A stretch of 64,000 nucleotides of DNA from an uncultured Gemmatimonadales bacterium (lineage in GTDB: Bacteria; Gemmatimonadota; Gemmatimonadetes; Longimicrobiales; RSA9). The notes beneath the pieces are model-generated. The model ran no database searches. It was not told the DNA's origin and saw nothing but the letters and a program-made list of their open reading frames with translations. Location of the stretch: the NCBI GenBank assembly GCA_963798845.1, contig CAWCUS010000002.1, positions 192,001 through 256,000 on the forward strand, written 5' to 3'. Shown here piece by piece: positions 55,861-64,000 of the stretch. Numbering within the stretch: position 1 is the stretch's first letter; each line of letters starts with the position of its first letter. Position numbers and translations under genes: made by a program.

Positions 55861-58200
55861 TCAGCGTCGCTCGGTGAGCGTCGTCGACCCCTTCATCGGC
55901 TTGCCGTCGCGGACCCACTCGATGTCGACGGTGTCACCGGGCTTGTGCGCGCGCAGCGCATCCGTGAGGCCGTACAGGTCGGCCACGTCCATGCCGCCGA
56001 GGCGCAGGATGACGTCCCCTTTCCGGAGCCCGGCCCGGTCCGCGGGCGAGCCCTCGCGCACGCCGCCCAGGAGCACGCCCTTTTCCACCGGGCTGAAATC
56101 GGGGATCGACCCCAGGTACGCCCCGTAACCGGGCGACGACGCCACGGCCGTGGGCTCCGGCTTCCCCACGTCGGGGACAACGGCCATCCGCGCTCCGCTC
56201 CCCACCTTCCGGGCCAGCGCGGCCAGGAGGTCCGCGACGGTGTTGAGTCCGGGGACGTCGATCCTGTCCCAGTCGTCGGTGGGACGGTGATAGTCGGAGT
56301 GCGTGTTGGTGAACAGGTGGAGGACGGGGATGCCGTTCATGTAGAAGGAGGTCTGGTCGCTCGACCCGTAGCCGTCGGGGATGTAGCTCCGTTTCGCGAC
56401 TCCGAGGCGGTCCAGCTCGGGCGTGACCACACCGTCCCACTCCGCGGCCGTGCCCGTGCCGTAGACCACGAGGCCGTTGTCCCGCAGACGTCCCACCATG
56501 TCCAGGTTGAGCATGGCGACCACGCTGTCCAGCGGCACCGTCGGGTTCTTCACCCAGTGGCTCGACCCCAGCAGCCCCTCCTCCTCGCCTGTGAACGCGA
56601 TGAAGACCACCGGCCGCCGCGGGCGCGGACCGATCGCCAGCCGCTCGGCTGCCGCGATCATTGCCGCCACCCCGCTGGCGTTGTCGTCGGCGCCGTTGTG
56701 GATCGCGTGCTCCTCGGGGGCGAGGGAGTTGAAGGCGCCCATCCCCAGGTGGTCGTAGTGCGCGCCCACCACCACGTACTGCGTGGCCATCCCCCGGTCC
56801 GTGCCCGCGAGGAGCGCCGCCACGTTGCGCCCCGTGCCGCCAGGGGCGTGCGGGTTCACGGCGCTCGCCAGCGGAACGTCCTGGAAGTAGCTGCCGTTCT
56901 CCCCGGCGGGAGCCAGCCCCAGGCGACGGAAGGCGTACGCGATGTACTCGGCCGCGCAGCCCGCGCCTGCGCTGCCGGCGTAGCGGCCCTCCAGCGCATC
57001 ATCGGCCAGGTACCGGCCGGTGGCGTCGGCCATGTCGCCGCCGAGCTCGTCGGGATCGAACGCCGGGCAGTCGGCGCCGGCCGCGTCCCCTCCGCTCACG
57101 GTGGGGGCGAACGGCACGGCGTCATCCACCCAGCGAGCGAGGAAGATGTTCGTCTCGCCCGGCACCCTTCCGCCGCGGTTGGACGCGAAAACGAACGTGG
57201 ACGGGTCCGCGGGGCTCCACATGGGGAATCCGTCGAACTCGGGCGTGACCGTGACGCGCTCGAGCCCCTTCCCATCGTCGTCGATCAGGTAGAGGTCGAA
57301 GTCGCGCCCCTCCGGGTCGTGCATGTTGCTGGAGAAGATGACCCTGTCGCCGGACGGGCTGAAGAACGGGGCGAAGTTGGCCTTGCCGTTGTCGGTGAGG
57401 CGTGTCTTCCCGCTCCCGTCCGCGTTCATGATCCAGATGTCCAGCGACGTCGGGCGGATCATCCCCTCCTTCAGCAGCGCCCGGTACTCCGCCACCTCCT
57501 CCGGGTCCGTGGGGTGAGCGGCGCGGTAGACGATCCGCTTCCCGTCCGGGCTGAAGAACGGTCCGCCGTCGTAGCCGACCTCGTGGGTCAGGCGGCGGAC
57601 ATCCGAGCCGTCGGGACGCATCGTATAGATGTCCAGGTCGCCGTCGCGGGCCGAGGTGAACACCACCGTGGAACCGTCGGGCGAAAGCGTGGACTCGGCG
57701 TCGTACGCGGGGGAGCCGAAGATCTTCACCGGCCTCCCTCCGTCGGCATCGTCGCCGTAGATGTCGTAGTCGTACAATCCCCAGACGTAGCCCCGCGACA
57801 TGTCCGGCTCGGCGGGGCACGCGGCGCCGTTCCCGAACGTGGAGCTGTAGAGGATCCGCTCACCCCGCTCGTAGAAGTAGCCGCACGTGGTCCGGCCTTC
57901 CCCGTTGGACACGCGCCGCACGTTCTGCCCGTCCAGTGTCATCGTGAACTGCTGGTCGCACGCCGACACTCCGGGCATCACGGCCTGGAAGATCAGCCGC
58001 CGTCCGTCCGGCGAGAAGTAGGCTTCCGCGTTCTGGCCGCCGTCGGTCACCCGCCGCAGCTGCGTCAGGTGCGGCTCGAGAGGATTGTCGGGGAAGGCGA
58101 CGCCGCCGGGCGGGACCGCCGGCTCGAGGGGAAGACCGGTGCCGCCGCTGGCGCAGGCCGCGACGACGAGGAGCAGAGCGGAAAACAGGGCTCGGTTCAT
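55861..58200 (-). CDS. Lipoprotein: TolB-like PD40 propeller + M28 peptidase + PDZ
   Basis: VAAC lipobox, NAEAYFSPDG repeats, GAHYDH, GADDNASG, GEEEGLLGS, NLDMVG, YLGSIPD...GSPA. Confidence 0.9.
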   Translation of the reverse strand: MNRALFSALLLVVAACASGGTGLPLEPAVPPGGVAFPDNPLEPHLTQLRRVTDGGQNAEAYFSPDGRRLIFQAVMPGVSACDQQFTMTLDGQNVRRVSNGEGRTTCGYFYERGERILYSSTFGNGAACPAEPDMSRGYVWGLYDYDIYGDDADGGRPVKIFGSPAYDAESTLSPDGSTVVFTSARDGDLDIYTMRPDGSDVRRLTHEVGYDGGPFFSPDGKRIVYRAAHPTDPEEVAEYRALLKEGMIRPTSLDIWIMNADGSGKTRLTDNGKANFAPFFSPSGDRVIFSSNMHDPEGRDFDLYLIDDDGKGLERVTVTPEFDGFPMWSPADPSTFVFASNRGGRVPGETNIFLARWVDDAVPFAPTVSGGDAAGADCPAFDPDELGGDMADATGRYLADDALEGRYAGSAGAGCAAEYIAYAFRRLGLAPAGENGSYFQDVPLASAVNPHAPGGTGRNVAALLAGTDRGMATQYVVVGAHYDHLGMGAFNSLAPEEHAIHNGADDNASGVAAMIAAAERLAIGPRPRRPVVFIAFTGEEEGLLGSSHWVKNPTVPLDSVVAMLNLDMVGRLRDNGLVVYGTGTAAEWDGVVTPELDRLGVAKRSYIPDGYGSSDQTSFYMNGIPVLHLFTNTHSDYHRPTDDWDRIDVPGLNTVADLLAALARKVGSGARMAVVPDVGKPEPTAVASSPGYGAYLGSIPDFSPVEKGVLLGGVREGSPADRAGLRKGDVILRLGGMDVADLYGLTDALRAHKPGDTVDIEWVRDGKPMKGSTTLTERR

Positions 58201-58370
58201 GGCTGCCGGGGGATCGAGGCCGTCGGGTTCTTGAGTCGCCAAGTCTGGGGCCCGGCGGAAGGCGGCGCCAGCCCCTGCGTCCCGCCCGGCGCGGCGACGG
58301 TGCATGGCCCGGCGCCTGCCGCGGCGGATCCGGGTCGGTGCGTTCGCTGGCCCGTCGCCGGCCGCCCGCC

Positions 58371-59720
58371 TCACGCCGGCTGGGGACGCCGGACGCCCTG
58401 CCAGATCTCCAGGCTCGGCTGGCCGCCGCCGCGCGGCGCGCCCTCGTCGGCGCGGAAGGCGAAGACCACCGTCATCTGGAGCTCGGAGACGAAGGACCGC
58501 CGGTCGGCGGCGCGGGCGATCACGGGGAGGAAGGCGCCGCTGTTCACGTACATCCTCACGCGCCCGTCCGTCTCGCCGTGGAAGTAATCGTGCCGGGCCC
58601 GGTGCGTGTGCCCGTACACCAGGAACTGCGTGCCCGGCGGGACGGTCCCCTCGCGGAACTCCCGCGCGGCGCCTTCCAGGAGATGCTCGCGGGCGGGGAG
58701 GAGGTGGTGCACGGCCATGGCGCGCCTCGCCCGGCGCCGGAGCTGCGGGAAACCGTCGCCGAGGAGCAGGGTGCGGGCGAGCTGGAGGCGGTCCACCAGG
58801 TCGCCCGACACGAGGACGTCGCGCTTCAGGCGGTCCCACGATGCCGCCACGCTGCTGCCCAGGACGGCGTCGAGAGCGCGCTCGAGCGCGGCGTGCAGGA
58901 TCTCCTGCTGCGCCGGCGACTCGCGGCCGCCGAACCATTCCAGCCACTCGAACACCCCGAGCATCGGGCTCAGGTGGTGAACGTCCCGGAGCCGCTCCAC
59001 CAGCTCGGCATTGGCTTCCATGCGGCGGGCGTGGTGGATGAGCCCCGACATCAGCTCCGCCGTGACCACTTCCCCTATGGCCATGACCCGGTAGACGGCG
59101 GGGTCGAAACGTCCGGCGACGCCGGGCCCGTCCAGCCCCCGCCGCACCAGCTCGAGGCCGTGGCAGTTCCCGTCCCACTCGTGCCCGTGACGGGCGAGCA
59201 GGTCGTAACCCTCGCCCCGGTAGACCGCGTCGAACGCCCCGATCTGCGGAAAGGCGAGCTGCAGCCGGCGCCGCAGCGACGGGAAGTTGTGGAGGATGCG
59301 GTCGTGGTTGCCGGGGATGTACGTCGCCTGGAACGGGATCCCGAGTCGGTCGGCGCCCTCCTCCAGACGGGCGAGCATCGGGCCGAGGCCGCGGCCGGAG
59401 CGCGGAGCGTTGGCGGCAAGCGCACGTTCCAGCACTGCCTCGTACTGGCGCTGGCACTCCGCGGCGTTCCGGTTCATTCCCGTCACGGGATCCAGCACGC
59501 CGCCCCAGGGCCGCTCGTCCGGCGGAATCCCGGCATCCAGCCAGTAGTCCGTGCGAACGAGATCGAAGATATCCCCCAGCAGAACCAGGCCGAGCTCCCG
59601 AGCGCCGCGCGAGCGAGCGGCGGATTCCACGCGCTCGGCCACCACGTCGAACGCCTCCCCGTCGAACGTTCGGGTCGTGCTGCCGTCGCTCAGGTGAAGG
59701 TCGCTGATGATCGCGAGCAT
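58371..59720 (-). CDS. Calcineurin-like metallophosphoesterase
   Basis: SDLH, GDIFD, GNHD, HGH, GHTH, NSG. Confidence 0.85.
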   Translation of the reverse strand: MLAIISDLHLSDGSTTRTFDGEAFDVVAERVESAARSRGARELGLVLLGDIFDLVRTDYWLDAGIPPDERPWGGVLDPVTGMNRNAAECQRQYEAVLERALAANAPRSGRGLGPMLARLEEGADRLGIPFQATYIPGNHDRILHNFPSLRRRLQLAFPQIGAFDAVYRGEGYDLLARHGHEWDGNCHGLELVRRGLDGPGVAGRFDPAVYRVMAIGEVVTAELMSGLIHHARRMEANAELVERLRDVHHLSPMLGVFEWLEWFGGRESPAQQEILHAALERALDAVLGSSVAASWDRLKRDVLVSGDLVDRLQLARTLLLGDGFPQLRRRARRAMAVHHLLPAREHLLEGAAREFREGTVPPGTQFLVYGHTHRARHDYFHGETDGRVRMYVNSGAFLPVIARAADRRSFVSELQMTVVFAFRADEGAPRGGGQPSLEIWQGVRRPQPA

Positions 59721-59911
59721 CCGGTCCTCACGGCGAGGAGGCCGCTTCGCCCGCGCGCGCCTCACGCCCATGGCCATGTTGTGAACGCGGCCTGACGCGT
59801 ATGTAGCGCGCAACTGCACGTGCCGCCAGCATCGGGCCGGGTCCCGCGCGGCCATGGACCTGCCCCCGCCCCCGCCGAGATTGGGAGACGAACCCTCACC
59901 GGAGCGTCATC

Positions 59912-60301
59912 ATGAGACCGCCCGTCGTGTTCGAGTGGGAGACCTATCCCGAGTACCGGAGCCTGCAGCAGCTCGGTACCCTGATCGGCGGCGTGCTCGC
60001 CGCCCTTCCCCGGCGCCAGTCGAGGCGGGCCGAGGCCGTTCTCGTTCCCGCCGCCTACGCCATGGCGCGCGCGATCGTCGGAGCGCACGCGGAAGTCCCT
60101 CGCCCCGCGGAGGTCACGCGCTGCGAGCGCGAGGCGTTCCGCCGCTCCGGCCTCCACGCCGTCGCCGTGGCGCGCTCGGCGCTGCGACGGCTGGCGGCGA
60201 AGCCCCATGGGGCGCGCCCCGGGATCATCGCCGCCCTCGAGGTCCTGGAGCGAATCGAGGCCGGAATGCGGGAGCGGCCGCTGCCCGGCGGCCCGGGTTG
60301 A
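59912..60301 (+). CDS. Hypothetical protein, possibly a divergent four-helix-bundle protein
   Basis: Helical pattern F.WE....Y....L...LP...L..AA...A..I......ER..F. Confidence 0.5.
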   Translation: MRPPVVFEWETYPEYRSLQQLGTLIGGVLAALPRRQSRRAEAVLVPAAYAMARAIVGAHAEVPRPAEVTRCEREAFRRSGLHAVAVARSALRRLAAKPHGARPGIIAALEVLERIEAGMRERPLPGGPG

Positions 60302-60434
60302 CGCCGGGCAGCCGGCGCTCCCGGCGGCCCGTGTCGAGGGCGGGCCCCCCGCCTCTGGCGGCGAGCCCTGGCGATTCCCATCCTGAGCGCGATCGTGCGT
60401 CGCGTGGTCACGTGCTCTCTGCGAAGGAGGTTTC

Positions 60435-60839
60435 ATGGGCGAGATGGGACTGGGACCGATCGGGCAGATCGCGCTCGCCGTGGACGATGTCGCGGCGGCT
60501 ACCGCCTTCTACCGCGACCGGCTCGGGATGCGGCACCTCTTCTCCGCGCCGCCGGCGCTGTCGTTCTTCGACTGCGGCGGGATCCGGCTCATGCTGGCCG
60601 AGGCGGAGGAGGGCGAAGCCGCGGGCGCGCAGCCGCAGGGGACGGGCAGCGTCCTCTACTTCCAGGTGGACGACATCGAGGCGATGCACGGCGCCCTGTC
60701 AGGGCGCGGGATCGACTTCATCGAGGAGCCGAGGAAGGTCGCGGAGCTCGGCGAGACCGAGCTGTGGCTCGCGTCCTTCAGGGACCCCTCGGGGAACCTG
60801 CTGGCTCTCATGTGCGAGCGCGCCGTCTCGGCGAGCTAG
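60435..60839 (+). CDS. VOC/glyoxalase family protein
   Basis: IGQIA, AFYRDRLG, FRDPSGN; RBS AAGGAGG. Confidence 0.9.
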   Translation: MGEMGLGPIGQIALAVDDVAAATAFYRDRLGMRHLFSAPPALSFFDCGGIRLMLAEAEEGEAAGAQPQGTGSVLYFQVDDIEAMHGALSGRGIDFIEEPRKVAELGETELWLASFRDPSGNLLALMCERAVSAS

Positions 60840-60912
60840 GGCACGCCCGCAACTTGCATCCGGATCGTTGCCGACAGCAGCCAACAGCGGAACGAGAACC
60901 CCGAGCATTCCC

Positions 60913-61275
60913 ATGTCGAGCATCGAACGATCGCTGCACGGAAACGCCCTGCTTTTCGACCTCGAGGCGGAGGAGGCGGAAGCCACCCACCCCGACACCC
61001 TGGACCGCGACGGGCGCAGCAGCCGCACCCTGCTCAAGGAAGGCGCGCTCCGGGTGACCCTGGTCGTGCTCGGACCCGGCGGCGGCATCCCGGAGCACGA
61101 CGCCGAAGGGCCGATCACCATCCAGCCGCTGCGCGGCCAGGTCGAGGTGGCGACGGACGGCGGCGCTCAGCGCGTAGAAACGGGGCAGATCCTGGCTCTC
61201 GGCCCGCGCGTACCCCACGACGTCCGGAGCGACGAGGGCGCCGCGTTCCTGCTCACGGTTTCCCACCCGGCGTAG
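60913..61275 (+). CDS. Cupin domain protein
   Basis: RTLLKEG.LRVTL, IPEH.A.GPI, VPHDV. Confidence 0.85.
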   Translation: MSSIERSLHGNALLFDLEAEEAEATHPDTLDRDGRSSRTLLKEGALRVTLVVLGPGGGIPEHDAEGPITIQPLRGQVEVATDGGAQRVETGQILALGPRVPHDVRSDEGAAFLLTVSHPA

Positions 61276-61981
61276 CCGCCCCGCTGCCCGAGGCGCCGGC
61301 CTTTCCGCTGCTCGACGGCGCGGCCTTCGCGCTGGCGGAGGCGGCGGGCTTTTCGCTGCCCGGCCCGGCGGGCTGCTCCGCCGCCGCCGCCCTGGCCGCC
61401 GCCTCGCCGCCCGACTTCTTCTGGTCGGATGCCGGCTTCGCGGACGCCCCGGTTCCACCGCCCAGGCGGCCGACCCGGAGTGCGCCCGCCAGGGTGGCGT
61501 CCTCCCGGATCGCCAGCCGGTCCGTCTCAATGTCGCCTTCCACGACGGCGGTGGCTTCCAGCAGGAGGCGGCGAGCGGCGTTGATGCCGCCGGATACGCG
61601 CCCGTGAACCACGGCCTCCGCCGCCTGGAGGCCACGGCCTACGTAGCCGTCGCGGCCCACCTCGACGCGCTCCGCCTGCACGGCCCCGGCCACGCGGCCG
61701 TCGACCCGGACCTCTCCCTGCGTGTGGCCGCCACCCGGGATGGCCACGCTCCCGTCGACGCGGCCGGTGGGGCCCACGGAGACGCGCGGAGCGAGCACGT
61801 CTCCCGTGACGTGGCCGTTCACGCGCAGGGCCCCCCGGGCTTCGCAGTCGCCGCGAACCACCATTCCCTCGGCGACGACGGAATCGCCGCCATCGCCGCC
61901 CCCGCGCGGCGTCGGCACCGGGACCTCGGCCGCCGCCGGGCGGTCGGCCGCTTCTTCACTGCTGGAACGGAAGAGAGCCAC
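61253..61981 (-). CDS. Bactofilin (polymer-forming cytoskeletal protein) with two tandem domains
   Basis: SVVAEG..V.G.....G.LRVNG.V.G, repeated V.G.V.G strands, L.I..DA.L.G. Confidence 0.82.
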   Translation of the reverse strand: MALFRSSSEEAADRPAAAEVPVPTPRGGGDGGDSVVAEGMVVRGDCEARGALRVNGHVTGDVLAPRVSVGPTGRVDGSVAIPGGGHTQGEVRVDGRVAGAVQAERVEVGRDGYVGRGLQAAEAVVHGRVSGGINAARRLLLEATAVVEGDIETDRLAIREDATLAGALRVGRLGGGTGASAKPASDQKKSGGEAAARAAAAEQPAGPGSEKPAASASAKAAPSSSGKAGASGSGAATPGGKP

Positions 61982-62251
61982 GTCCTGCTCCTGTGTCTTG
62001 CTGGGGTCGGGTTGCGTCCATACACGATAACGCGGACGAGCGCCGTCGTGGATGGGTAACAGGAACCGGCGCCCCGCGGAACCACCGGCGCGGAGGCCCG
62101 AGCGGAACGGGTCGTCCCAGCCGACCACCGGAGGCGCGCCGGAGAGCGGCGGTCCCCCTCCGGCGGCCGCACGGTTTGACGGCTCACGGTCCATCGGCGA
62201 ATTTCCAGACACCCGCTAGCCCCGGCGAAAGACTCTCACAGCGATCCGACC

Positions 62252-63910
62252 ATGCCAAACGCCGTCGCCGGGGCCGCCGAGCGCAAGCCCGTCGCCCCCG
62301 AGTTCGTCTACCAGGACCCGTTCCCGCTCGGGCCGGACGCCACCGAGTACCGGAAGCTCGAAGGCTCCGAGCGGTACGTCTCCATCAAGATCTTCAATGG
62401 CCAGGAAGTGCTGAAGGTGGCGCCGGAAGCGCTGGCCATCCTGACCCGCGCGGCCATGCGCGACGTGTCCTTCCTCCTGCGCCCGAGCCACAACGCTCAG
62501 GTGGCGTCGATCCTGGGCGACCCCGAGGCGTCCTCCAACGACCGGGGCGTGGCGCTCGCCCTGCTGCGGAACGCGGCGGTCGCGGCGGAGGGGGAGCTGC
62601 CGGTCTGCCAGGACACCGGAACGGCCACCGTCGTCGCCAAGAAAGGGCAGCGCGTGTGGACAGGGGCCAGGGACGAGGAGTGGATCGCCCGCGGCGTGTA
62701 CAGGACGTACACCGAAGAGAACCTGCGCTACTCCCAGACCGTGGCGCTGGACATGTACACGGAGAAGAACACGGGGACCAACCTCCCGGCCCAGATCGAC
62801 ATCCAGGCCACGGACGGTGACGCGTACAAGTTCCTGTTCATGGCCAAGGGCGGGGGCAGCGCGAACAAGACCATGCTGTACCAGCAGACCAAGGCGCTGC
62901 TCACGCCGGAAAAGCTCGAGTCGTTCCTCGTGGAGAAGATGAAGTCGCTCGGCACGGCCGCGTGCCCCCCGTACCACATCGCGTTCGTCATCGGCGGAAT
63001 GAGCGCCGACGCCGTGATGAAGGCGGTCAAGCTGGCCAGCGCCCACGAGTACGACGCGCTCCCGACCACGGGCAACGGCCACGGGCGCGCCTTCCGCGAC
63101 CTCGAGCTCGAAGGGAGGCTTCTCCTGGCCGCGCAGCGGCTCGGGATCGGCGCCCAGTTCGGCGGCAAGTACTTCGCCCACGACGTGCGCGTGGTCCGTC
63201 TCCCCCGCCACGGCGCCAGCTGCCCGGTGGGAATGGCGGTGTCCTGCTCCGCGCACCGGAACCTGCGCGCGAAGATCACCCGCGACGGAATGTTCGTGGA
63301 GCGGCTGGACACCGACCCGGCGAAGCTCATCCCCGAGCAGTACCGCGACGCCGCAACGTTGGACGGCGCCCGCATCGATCTGTCACAGGGGCTGGACGCC
63401 GCCCGCAAGTCGCTGTCGGAGCTCGAGGTGGGGGATCCGGTCCTGCTCAGTGGGACCCTCGTCGTCGCCCGCGACATCGCTCACGCCCGCTTCAAGGAGA
63501 TCCTCGACCGGGGCGACCCGATCCCCGATTACCTGACGCGGCACCCGGTCTACTACGCCGGGCCCGCCAAGACCCCCGCGGGGAGGGCCTCCGGATCGTT
63601 CGGTCCTACCACGGCCGGGCGCATGGACGCCTATGTGGACCTGCTCCAGAGCCACGGCGGCAGCCTCATCATGATCGCCAAGGGGAACCGGAGCCGGCAG
63701 GTCACGGACGCATGCGAGAAGCACGGCGGCTTCTATCTCGGCTCCATGGGCGGCCCCGCGGCGCTCCTGGCCGCCGAGAGCATCCGCAACGTGGAGTGCA
63801 TCGACTTCCCCGAGCTCGGGATGGAAGCCGTGTGGCGGATCGAAGTGGAGGACTTCCCCGCGTTCGTCCTGGTCGACGACAAGGGGAACGACTTCTTCGC
63901 CCGGTTCTAG
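62252..63910 (+). CDS. Class I (Fe-S) fumarate hydratase
   Basis: [46 protein letters not shown]. Confidence 0.96.
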   Translation: MPNAVAGAAERKPVAPEFVYQDPFPLGPDATEYRKLEGSERYVSIKIFNGQEVLKVAPEALAILTRAAMRDVSFLLRPSHNAQVASILGDPEASSNDRGVALALLRNAAVAAEGELPVCQDTGTATVVAKKGQRVWTGARDEEWIARGVYRTYTEENLRYSQTVALDMYTEKNTGTNLPAQIDIQATDGDAYKFLFMAKGGGSANKTMLYQQTKALLTPEKLESFLVEKMKSLGTAACPPYHIAFVIGGMSADAVMKAVKLASAHEYDALPTTGNGHGRAFRDLELEGRLLLAAQRLGIGAQFGGKYFAHDVRVVRLPRHGASCPVGMAVSCSAHRNLRAKITRDGMFVERLDTDPAKLIPEQYRDAATLDGARIDLSQGLDAARKSLSELEVGDPVLLSGTLVVARDIAHARFKEILDRGDPIPDYLTRHPVYYAGPAKTPAGRASGSFGPTTAGRMDAYVDLLQSHGGSLIMIAKGNRSRQVTDACEKHGGFYLGSMGGPAALLAAESIRNVECIDFPELGMEAVWRIEVEDFPAFVLVDDKGNDFFARF

Positions 63911-64000
63911 ACCCCCGGCCGGCCCCGCCCGGCCACCGGCGGGGCCGGGCCGAGCCCGGGTTCGCGGAAGGAGGCGGCGCAATGGCTGCGACTGGATGGA

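Overview
High-GC bacterial chromosomal window. Gene content and style suggest Gemmatimonadota (inference only). It is mostly housekeeping and accessory metabolism: SCO/PCuAC copper chaperones, a deaminase-phosphorylase-isomerase-aldolase MTA/5'-deoxyadenosine salvage cluster, a frameshifted tricorn protease, a 19-gene tRNA array behind a near-consensus sigma70 promoter, leuS, BlaI/BlaR1-TonB, an orphan adenine methyltransferase, waaA, moaD/moeB, EAL signalling, trehalase, a sugar ABC transporter, uvrA, cysK and class I fumarase. The best candidate for an undescribed system is a two-gene unit at 45108-49059. It pairs a phage T5-type M15 endolysin with a 1126-aa lipase/macro-like/CHAT(caspase) fusion, with no phage genes nearby; an SH3-ComEC-like MBL hydrolase lies just upstream. 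Other notable structures are a symmetric palindrome-IHF-palindrome element (26382-26488), scar-like duplications at two tRNA-Gly genes, and many GC-rich tandem repeats. All calls come from motif recognition by eye; no searches were run.
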